DNA of 63,925 nt, the filler included, from Sluysia triapertura (Eukaryota): NCBI GenBank assembly GCA_046118255.1. It is 5 parts of 5 records of this genome, joined end to end, with 100 filler letters (N's around TTAATTAATTAA, not from the genome) between each part and the next. Parts side by side here need not be neighbours in the genome. Positions count along the whole stretch, not along the records: positions 27,274 to 41,121 come from JBJNIA010016970.1; positions 41,222 to 52,631 come from JBJNIA010185057.1; 3 more parts are not named here. One strand, given 5' to 3'. Made by a program: the position numbers and the translations under genes. Positions 38,668-48,589 of the stretch are shown here, piece after piece (the first letter of the stretch is position 1; each line of letters begins with the position of its first letter). The notes under the pieces were generated by a model, which had not been told where the DNA came from, did not search any database, and saw only the letters and a program-made list of their open reading frames with translations.

Positions 38668-40310
38668 TTTTAATGTAATAGTATTGTAATACTAGTGGTG
38701 TTGTATAATAACAAACTAAAGTAGCTGAATATTGGCCATTGTATAATTAAAAATAATTAGAATATTGTTTAATAAACATTTATGCGTTTAATAGAAATTA
38801 ACTATCGAAAAAATTGATTGTGGAGAAATTATTATAGAATATATTAATTGGTTAAATAAAATAGCATGAAAATTGCTGCATAAGTGTTTTCATAGTCAAA
38901 ACACTTATTAATATTAGTTGTCTAGAGCGAGCATTAATTTAGTATATTATGGGATTTATTATTTGGAATACACTTGGTACATTAGGACATTTATTATTTG
39001 GAGTGTACTTGGTATATTCGGATTAATGTACCTGAATAATTTTATTAAAAATTAATCGTTAGTGAAGTAAGATTTAATTTGTAAAATAAAAAAAAGATGA
39101 AAGTTTAATTTCTATTTAATTCGATATTTCAAGATAAAATTTAACACTAAACGTACCAAGGTTTGATGTATACCTCTATCATACCATCACCAGTTATCAG
39201 ATTTACTTTATAATTTTTTTTAATAATGTAAATTTATTTGTTTATAAATAAAATTAAAAGTCATTATAAAATGGCAAAAAAACAATACAATTTCATAGTA
39301 CCTTTTTAAAGCAAAAACTAAAAACCAATCGTGGTATTAAAGGTTTCATTAGTTTAATTACGTGTGACCATTTTTATTTCATTGCCATGAATTTATTAAC
39401 ATTTTTACTTTTACTTTTACATAAAATAAACTTTAACTGAATTAAAAATTTCCTTTTCTTTTGAGACTTAAATGGGTATCAACTTTTATATCTCACATCA
39501 GAGACTAATATTACTCTCATTTCCAGATACAATTAAGAAATAAATTTAAATTATGAACTGTGATATTTTAACTAATACTTAACAATCTATTAAACGAATG
39601 ATTTTGCCCATCGAATTCCGAATAGCATTAAGGTGAATTTAAATAAATATCATAAAAATTTTATGTCCAATACAAACAATAGATTATTAGAAATATACTA
39701 AAGGTGATTTTACCAATATTTACAAATTGATTCTACTAATATTTGCAGGTTGATTTTACTTAAGTAAAATATTAAAGCAAAAGTTATAAAATTTTTAAAT
39801 AAAATCTCAAAAATTACTTGTAGTATATCTACATATTTTGTTTGGGGAATAGATTTTAGTTAATCATCGACTCATATTTTTAAATGAATGTAATAAACAG
39901 AGATTTTAAAGGACATTAAAATTTATAAAATTTCGCACTTTTATCTTTAAGATAGATAGATAGCGAGTTAGAATAATTCACCATAACACATTAACTTTAA
40001 TTTAAACTGACATTTAAAAATCTTTAAATACCATTCAAATTTAAATCTACAATCTGATTTGATAAACTTCTAAACTTTATAAAATTCTCAATATTTTGGA
40101 TACTAATTATCCACAGTTACAAATTGTTGACAAACATTTAATGTGAATAAATATCACAACATTAACAAAAATAAAATTCACAAGTTTTTATTACAAAAGG
40201 ATGCAACTAAAAAGAAGTTTATCAAATAATAGAAAAATTTTAAATTAAAAAACCATAGAATTATTTCAGTTAGAACAGTTTAAAATATTGATTCAGAAAA
40301 ACAAAATAAC

Positions 40311-40497
40311 CATTATGATTTATATTTGTTTTAATATTTCCGTAATCATTCAAAAAAATAGGTAAATACACTTGATTTCGTTTATTCCAATTACGGGTCC
40401 AAGGAATCCATTTCATACGGTTTTTCAGAACCCAATTACATGCTATATCATAATAATGGTTGGACGAATTTCCGTTGTATTCATTGGATATGTTAAC
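40311..40497 (-). CDS. Exon (phase 0-1) of the same GABA-B-like/ANF-receptor gene, upstream of 34720-34881
   Basis: ttaag|GTT...AAT G|gttatt; VNISNEYNGNSSNHYYDIACNWVLKNRMKWIPWTRNWNKRNQVYLPIFLND. The AC.W...N...W..W motif precedes the first ANF strand; phase is compatible with the next exon. Confidence 0.65.
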
Positions 40498-40918
40498 CTT
40501 AATAGGTAAATAAAATTTCTCTTTGTAAATATCCAAAAAATAAACAATTAATATTTAAAGATGAACGCTTTATAACCTAGATTATGTACTTTTAATAGTA
40601 AAGAATATAAATCCAGAAAGTAAATTACTGCACTATGAATATTTCATAAAATTATCAAAATTTTTGAAACTTGACGAAAATTGGTTTTAACTCTAAATAT
40701 CTAATGGAAGTTATACAACACATTTTCAGCTAGTTACGCACACAGAAACAAATATATTGTACAATTAAAATCTATGAAACTCCAATAGTTTAAATTATTA
40801 ACAAATGTGGCAGTATTAATTATAATTCTAAAAACATTTAACACTTTTTATAAAGGCACCTCGAATATTCATTATAAGCCTTTAAAACTTTGAATTATAC
40901 AAATTTTATATAATTTAA

Positions 40919-41030
40919 CACGTTCGCTACCAGCGTCATATCAGTTCTTGCCTTTGTGTTGCGTTATTGTTAATAAATAATACTGATAAATTAGGCATTC
41001 CACATATTTGCGACGCTGATAGCCAACATA
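40919..41030. mobile_element. piggyBac-type MITE, 112 bp
   Basis: TTAA on both sides; TIRs cacgttcgctaccagcgtc / gacgctgatagccaacata. Confidence 0.8.
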
Positions 41031-41044
41031 TTAATCATCTATAC

Positions 41045-41121
41045 CAGGGCTTCTTAAACTTTTTTATATAGCGACCCCCTTCAAGCTTAGGAAATTTTAA
41101 ACGAACCCCTCCTCCATATAA
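41045..41121 (+). mobile_element. Left end of hAT/Charlie-type element, cut by the gap
   Basis: cagggcttcttaaactttt...gcgacccc, a typical Charlie-type terminus. Confidence 0.7.
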
Positions 41122-41221
41122 NNNNNNNNNNNNNNNNNNNNNNNNNNNNNNNNNNNNNNNNNNNNTTAATTAATTAANNNNNNNNNNNNNNNNNNNNNNN
41201 NNNNNNNNNNNNNNNNNNNNN
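41122..41221. other. Artificial assembly spacer
   Basis: N44-TTAATTAATTAA-N44. Confidence 0.98.
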
Positions 41222-41241
41222 TATCATTATTATTATTATTA

Positions 41242-41298
<57 letters not shown>
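41222..41298. repeat. (TTA)n microsatellite at contig start
   Basis: Direct reading. Confidence 0.97.
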
Positions 41299-41299
<1 letters not shown>

Positions 41300-41589
41300 A
41301 TATATGTATTGCTATTATTAAATCATTATAACTTCTATAAATTCAAAATATGAAAAGAATAGTAAATCATCTGAAAAATGATAAAAAATGGAATTGCGAT
41401 GAGACTTGATATTCTGATTAACTAACTGAATTATTATTATTATTATAAACAATTTAATATAATGAATTATAAATGAAATTTAGATGTAAAACCTAACTGT
41501 TTCAATATGGCAATAAAATCTAGAAAATTAATTTAAATATTTTGTTAGCCAAATTGTAGAAATAAACTTTAAAAAAGAACAAAAACAAA

Positions 41590-41826
41590 TTATAAATTCA
41601 AATTCGAATTATTGTTGTTATTAATATTATTAGTGTTATTATTATTGTTGGAAAATTCATTTGTCATATTGTTATTAATACCAGTCGTATTATGTGGTAA
41701 GAAGATATCGTGAAATTGAGATAGATATTGAATAAAATTTATTGCATCATGTAATTCCCTACCACAAAGAGGGCAATTAAAATAATCTGCTGTTACGTTT
41801 GTTGTACCAGTCGTACCTGTGTTCAT
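41590..41826 (-). CDS. Small ORF with a degenerate C2H2 zinc finger and Asn-rich tail
   Basis: FNCPLCGRELHDAINFIQYLSQFH: C-x2-C-x12-(H to Y)-x4-H. Confidence 0.35.
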   Translation of the reverse strand: MNTGTTGTTNVTADYFNCPLCGRELHDAINFIQYLSQFHDIFLPHNTTGINNNMTNEFSNNNNNTNNINNNNNSNLNL

Positions 41827-42571
41827 ATTCTAGCATTTTAGTGATTAGATCAAACATTTCTATGGTTTCTTGGTTTTTATCTGTACAGCATCACAATAAC
41901 GGCCTGCAATTATCTCTGATATATCGCATTTCAGAACTGTAAGCGTCCGAAAGTAGTTTACCGTGGGAAAAGTAATTCATTTTAGATTTTCATGCCATAC
42001 GATATGGAAAATGTATCAATATATGTTCCGTCATTGCTAGGTGTTCTTTGTTGTCATGTGTTTGAAACATATTAAAGATAGTAATGATAATAAAAATAAA
42101 AAATAATAATAATGGTAATAGCAGTAATAATAATAGAAGTAATAATAAAAAAGAAAAGGGTGTGAAAATTAACACAATGTTGATACAGTTGGGAGAGGCG
42201 ATATTAGCGATTAAAATAGTGCTCTATGATAAATCATATTCTAAATATATTATATTATATTTAAGATAAGGTATATTAATATAATATGTTTAAAGTACAT
42301 GATATGTTTAAATTATATTGTATTTTAGGTGTTGGCCTGTGTGAAAGATGTGGTAAAGCTGTACTGTGTATGGAAGATTTGTAGTTGGGTTTGTTGATAG
42401 TTTATGAATGAGTTGAACACTACAATAATATTTTGATTCGTTTATAAGGATGAAAATATAATATTAACCTAATTTGCTGCCAATGTTGAAAGTTAAATGC
42501 CTGAAATTGTTTGTGATTCTTCTTGAATATTTGAAATTGCTGAAAAGGTATAATGAAGTGTTTAATGCAGC

Positions 42572-42726
42572 TGTTGCGGTAAAAGCCTCAAGTGCCGTCT
42601 AGAATTACGACAGTAATATTGACTATAATAAAATTGTTAGACAGGCCTAATAGCTCAGTTTGTAGAGCATCGAACTGCTCAACGAGAGGGTTCGATTCCC
42701 AATCAGTCCATTTATGAAGTCTAACA
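42572..42726 (+). mobile_element. tRNA-bearing TG..CA mini-element, full copy (155 bp)
   Basis: TGTTGCGG...GTCTAACA; A box tagctcagtttgtagagc, B box ggttcgattcc; 4-bp flanks cagc/caac. Confidence 0.85.
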
Positions 42727-43086
42727 CAACAATATGTTGATTTATTTCCATCTTTCGTCTTTCTAATTTTATGACATTAAAAAAATAGCAATCGATAAAG
42801 TTTTTAAGAAATGAACAAAATAAATTACTTTAAATATTACTAAAGCAAACTTTAACAAATTAATATTATAAAATTACTAAATTTAAAAACTATTCTTGTA
42901 AATAATAGCAAACATCATAGTTAATTCGTATTTTTATTCATATTTAGTTAGATAAATTAATAAGCTATTCTAAATACAAATGCATATTTTGTGTAAAAAT
43001 AGATACTCTGATCATTAATCTTGAATTGTATAAATTATCTGCATTTACAGTATACTATTATTTTAATTCTAATAAAATACGTAGAC

Positions 43087-45214
43087 TAACAATTATTATT
43101 TATTATAACGATTATTGATTTAAAAATAACAATTATTTATTATTTATAGACTGATTAACAATATTCATAAATTTAACAATTTAAATTGGTTAGTAATCAA
43201 ATTATTAGTCAAATTATCAATTAGTTTATATTTATATCAATTAGTCATAACAATATCTTTTCCTATCGAAAAATTAGTCCCTAATTTTAATTTTGAGTCT
43301 TTCTTCTAAAATGAAATAATCTGCCGCAGTCATCATCAAAAGTCAAATAATCATTGTCACACAGATCAATGTAGTCAGTATTATTGTTAAGAGTGTCATC
43401 TAAATCACTAATATCATTTAAGTCACTAATGTCATCCAAGTCCACTGATGGCGATAGATGCTTCGGTGGTGACTGTTTTGGTGGAATCGGAATTTGACTA
43501 CCACAATGAGAAGGTGGAGTTACTTTTGTTGACAGTGATGTTGAAGGTTTCTCCTCTATATTTGCAGATGATTTTTGTTTGAACTTCTTGGTTGGTGGTG
43601 TTTCGGTATGTTTCGTTTGATATTTTTTGTGCGTGTTTTTTGTAGACAAAATAGGAGTACCAGAGTTGTATTTATTGCACTAATAGTCTGAACAACATCC
43701 TCTATGTATTAAGTCTAAAGATGAAGATGGTAAAGTAGAGTCAGGTTTATGCTCTGTAATTTTTTGTGTATTTGTAATAGTTTCTCTAACAGTATCAGTA
43801 GAGACAGTAGTACTAAGATAAGAAGACATAGTTGGTAAGTCGATTTCACGGTTTTGTGGCAAAAATGTGGGATCTTTGTTGTTTATATAATCAAATAATT
43901 CTACGAATTCTTTTACCAATTGCTGACAGGTTACCTTGGGAGGGAATGGGTATAATAATTTCAACAATCTGCGGGTTTTAGTAATGGGGTTTAATGAGGT
44001 TTGGGGCATTAAATGGGTGCATGACAAATTTATAATGCCTTTTATCCATCCATAAGGGATGTGCAACGTTTTGATTATTAATTCTGGATAGGTAGAAACC
44101 AGAATTTTATTGTACAATGCAGCCAGCCAAAAGTCCCTAATTTCAGACAAATCTTTAGCATCTTTAAATGGTCCTCTTTCAGACCATGACCTACTGTCAG
44201 AAAGTTTTTTACTCTAATGCGGGCTCTTAAAAGAACCTCCCCATGGAACAACTTGTGGTAGGGCATGAAACACATACGAAGTACATGGTGTCTGTCGTCA
44301 AACCCTAACGCAAATTGTGCGGCGACAAAGATAAAGTCCCCTACATGTGACATTGGTGTTTCTGTGTCGTGGGAATATGTCAATCCTTCCTGCCAATTAC
44401 ATATGTTTATTTTATCTTCACTATAAAGCAATGGGCGCTTTTTATAATCTATTGGTTTTTCGACTTGTGCTAAGAGTACCGCAAATGTTGACTCTATTTG
44501 GATAATGCATGAGGGATTGATATTAGTGATCAATAATGACGAGTAACCCTGTACTCGTGACATTATTGGGATCCCCTCTATTGTGATGGTTATTTTCAAC
44601 GTTTCCCTAGCCATCGCGATGACTATGGGCTTATTATTAAAGCAAAATCCCCTTAATGAATTCACGATGATGGGGGATTGAATGTTTTCAATCCGAAATA
44701 GATGTGTGACAAATATGTCATCTAATTCACACTTTAAGATGTTAGGAGTGATATTAGAAACCCGAAAATGGCATGGAGTTTCATTATTGCCACAAAACCG
44801 GTCGATCTCATTATAAAAGGGTATTATATTATTTATGATGCGTGCATGTACTTATGGTTTCTCCATACTAAATAGAAAGTAAAGAAATAAAGAACATATG
44901 AAGATTAAAATGTTAGAATTTATCGTTAGTTATTTATTTGATTTGATATTATTTAATCTCTTATGTATTTTAGGAAAATTAAAAAGTTAAAAAAAATAAC
45001 AATTATCATTTATTATAACGATTATTGATTATTTAAAAATAACAATTATTTATTATTTATAGACTGATTAACAATATTCATAAATTTAACAATTTAAAAG
45101 TCAAATTGTCAATTAGTCATAACAATATGATTAGTCAAATTATCAATTAGTTTATATCAATTAGTCAAAGTCAAATTGTCAATTAGTTTATATTTATATC
45201 AATTAGTCGTAACA
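43087..45214 (-). mobile_element. LTR-like element: direct repeats 43087-43252 and 44997-45214 enclosing one ORF
   Basis: Near-identical direct repeats that begin TGTTA(C/T)GACTAATTGAT on the minus strand; purine tract ATAGGAAAAGATAT immediately 5' of the downstream repeat. No PBS, TSD or terminal CA was found. Confidence 0.65.
43287..44866 (-). pseudogene. Recently inactivated ~525-codon ORF with RRM-like N-terminus, basic Pro/Ser-rich region and acidic tail
   Basis: ATG at 44866 is in frame with the 195-aa ORF (TAA at 44852-44854); frameshift near 44150; TAG at 43680 is in frame with the 120-aa ORF. FRVSNITPNILKCELDDIF...SLRGFCFNNKPIVIAMARE resembles an RRM. Visibly higher GC than the flanks. 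Confidence 0.6.
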
Positions 45215-45684
45215 CTTATAAGGTCTAGGAGAGATCATCATTCTGGTCTTATTATTGTGGTTCTAATTAAATGGAAAGGTCGAATATGGTAATCTTTACA
45301 ATAATTTTATTGAGGTTCTTTATAAATAGAACCTATTTAATATCAAAAATTCAATTTAATGTAGGTTTCCTGTTAAATGAAACCTTTAGTAGTTTAAATG
45401 AGATTTTAATAATGATTTTAGTAAGATTTCTATTTAAATGAAACCTTTATAAAAACTCGATATTTGTAAATATTTGTCTTATTAAATAATACAATTTAAG
45501 AGTTAAAAATTTATTAACAATTTACATTGGATAACAATAAAATAGGTAATATGAGTATATGATTTAACATAATAAAAAACAAATTATATTTAATCCGGAT
45601 TATTCGTGATAATCACTTAATCAATGATTTTAGAAAATTATTTTTTACTTATGATTGAATGTAATTTAAGTAGATTTTATATGT

Positions 45685-46296
45685 CAGGGATGGCGAACCA
45701 ATGGCACACGTGCCACAAGTAGCACGTTTGAAAGTTTTTATGACACGCACAAAAACAAAATAATTTTTTTGATAGAAGTGAATTAAAAATTATTAATCTG
45801 CACTTAATTTATAATTTGTGATATAAATTTGTAGTAGTGAATACCGATTTTAGTATGTTAACTAGAACCGTCAAATTATACATTTTATTATTAAAATATC
45901 GCATGAATTCTCTTGATGTATATAAAGATGCGCATTAGATAAATTTTTTAGCGTATCCAGTTTCGCCTTTTAATGTTATTGTATCACTGCATTAGTCATT
46001 TTTAGTAAACTGTCGTCTTTGACGGATTAGTCGAGCTCTGCATGCGTAGTGTTGAAATTAACTAAATATGAATCATATATTAAATCTTTATCATCTTGTG
46101 TACAGCAATGAAAGTCACATTAAAAACAATTGTATCTAGCATATTGCTTTTTATAAAACATTGATTAATAAAAAATTGTTTAAAGAAGAATTGCTTTTAT
46201 ATGTTTATTTAATTATACTTACGTTTAGTTTCGCCACGCTAACATTTCGAATGAAATTTTATTGTGGCACGTTACCTATTTAAAAAAGAATCCCTG
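45685..46296 (+). mobile_element. Internally deleted hAT (Buster/Charlie) transposon, 612 bp
   Basis: Ends cagggat...atccctg; perfect 8-bp TSD ttatatgt; remnant RLTD*SSSACVVLK...LSSCVQQ*KSH* matches a Buster-type transposase C-terminus. Confidence 0.93.
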
Positions 46297-47034
46297 TTAT
46301 ATGTAATCGTTAAAAGATTATAAAACTTAAGCAAAGAAAACTAACGATTATTTCTCTCTTTAATTAAATATTCCGAAAAAACAAGCGTGTGGTAAAACAA
46401 ATATTTATAAAATTTTATTTGGTAATGTTGGGTAATTTGTTTACTGTTTTATAATTGTGATTGTGACCTTGAATATGATAAAACTATTAATAAATGAAAT
46501 ATAAAATGTTAATATTATTTAAAATACTAAATAAAATATTATTTTATATTATCGATCAATAAATTCCAAAAACTGTAAATAGATTTACATTAAATTTATT
46601 AACAAATAAAACTTCATAACAAATAAACTATAAATAGAACAAATATGAATAGTCAATAGAATATAATTATTCTCAAATAAATTGTAAATGTTCTCTAGTA
46701 AGTTATAGATAGCACTGATTAATAGTGCTTTTATTCAATATATTATAACCAATCAATTTTCTAATTTCATTATACACTAACTTTTCTATAAGTCCATTTA
46801 ATTTTACTGTCTAATTTAATTTCATACAATGTATATATGATCTTAATATGCGTATTTTTAAATTATTTCGTTTTGTTCTGATTGATTTTCTAGATTTATT
46901 GTAGAAGTATTGATTAAATTCTATTGATTTTTTAAAATTAAATTGAATTTTATTTGGATAAATTTTAAAATTTATATTCATTTCATTTTCATTAGTATCA
47001 CATATTACATTATATTTTGTGTTAACGTTCTCAG

Positions 47035-47195
47035 ATACAAAGCAATACTTAGAAAAACTATTGGTTAATCCTAATTGTTTCAAAGTACCTGGACTTGGTG
47101 TTGTCAAATTTTCTTGTATGGAACAAATTTATAAACGCTTTGAAAAGTTAATATTATTAAATAATATTGTAATGATTGGAACAATCAGCTTACAA
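47035..47195 (+). CDS. Probable tetraspanin exon (end of large extracellular loop plus start of TM4)
   Basis: ttctcag|AT...CAA|gtatgt; ...PNCFKVPGLGVVKFSCMEQIYKRFEKLILLNNIVMIGTISLQ. Cys followed by an amphipathic helix and a hydrophobic stretch ending in Q at a phase-0 donor. Other exons not found. Confidence 0.45.
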
Positions 47196-48290
47196 GTATG
47201 TTTTATATTACTTTATTTTCCAAGAAAGTCTCAAATTATATTTACAAAAAATATTTTGACAAACCAAGTTATTCTGAAAAAAATTATTTCAAAAATTGTA
47301 ATTTTCGTGGACAATTTCTTTACTCTAAATAAATTAAGGAGAATATAAAAATCATTTTTCATAATATTGTCTTCAAGTATCCACTTAAGAAGACAACTTT
47401 TCTTTTAATGTCGTGAGTGTAAACCATGTGTAAATTGTTCTGGAAATTCATATTTATTTTAACTTTAATGTTCTAAACTAAACTGACTTTGTATATGTAT
47501 ATACCCACGTGTTTTATCTGGCCATATTGTAGTGTCAGGTCTTACAAAATATCATTTTGCAAGAGTAAAGCTAAGATATGTTTAATCGGAAATCTTGCTC
47601 CTGTAGACTTTAAAAAAATAAAAATCTAATCTTTTAAATCAATTCTGACATATTGTAAATTTGAATTTGATCTCAATGATTCTGTAGTTTTCTCAAATGA
47701 AAGCATAAACAAATTTATTATTGTGAATTAAAACACACTATACTTGAATAAATAATTATTATTAAAGTTTATTAGTGATAATATGAAGCTTCTGTGTAAT
47801 TATTTATAATTTATTTCTATTACATAAACTTTAAAAATAAAAAACATTTTCAAACATTATTTAGAATAAGCAAACATTAAATATTTAAAATTTAAAATTT
47901 AAAAAATATTTAAATATTTAATCTTGTCTAATATCTATCTCTAAATTTGCACAAGGTTAACTATGTCTACAAAATAGATATGACACATATTTCGACGTGA
48001 ACTCATGATTTTAAAGAATTCCAAAAAACGTTATAGGTTAGATGGGAAAATACGTCCTAAAGTAACGATATACAGTGGACCTGAAGTCGAATGTAAGGTC
48101 TCTATCAAATAAACTCCGAAACCTCCTACTCTAAGCCGCATTTTTTCTCTCCAAGCGTCTTTTTTCCAGCGCCCCTTTATTTTTTGAGGTGTTTATCTTA
48201 CCAGGAATAGTAAGTGAGAAAATTATTGCACAAGTAATGTTCACAGGAAAGTGTGATTGGGCGTCTAAATTACAATGTCTATATAAGCTT

Positions 48291-48473
48291 TTATAACACT
48301 TGAATTACTGTCTAAATAACACTTTATAATACCCTATTTAATGCCTGAATAACATGTTTGAATAACTTTATAACACTCTAATTAATGTCTGAATAACTTA
48401 TAGGACTCTTGAATTAATGTTTGAATAACAATGTCTGAATAACTATATAACACTCTAATTAATATCTGAATAA
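48291..48473 (+). repeat. ~30-bp minisatellite (ttataacactctaattaatgtctgaataac)
   Basis: About five degenerate units plus partial units. Confidence 0.85.
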
Positions 48474-48589
48474 ATTTTTGTTGTGCTGCTACATTATTTT
48501 TGTGAAAGCTACTAAATTTAGTAGTTAATTTATATTCAATTTAAATTAATTGAATAATTATTAAATAATTATTTTAATTTAAACTCATA

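Noticed and set aside
48291-48473. CRISPR-like array
   Set aside because: Degenerate head-to-tail units with no unique spacers, no cas genes, and a eukaryotic context.
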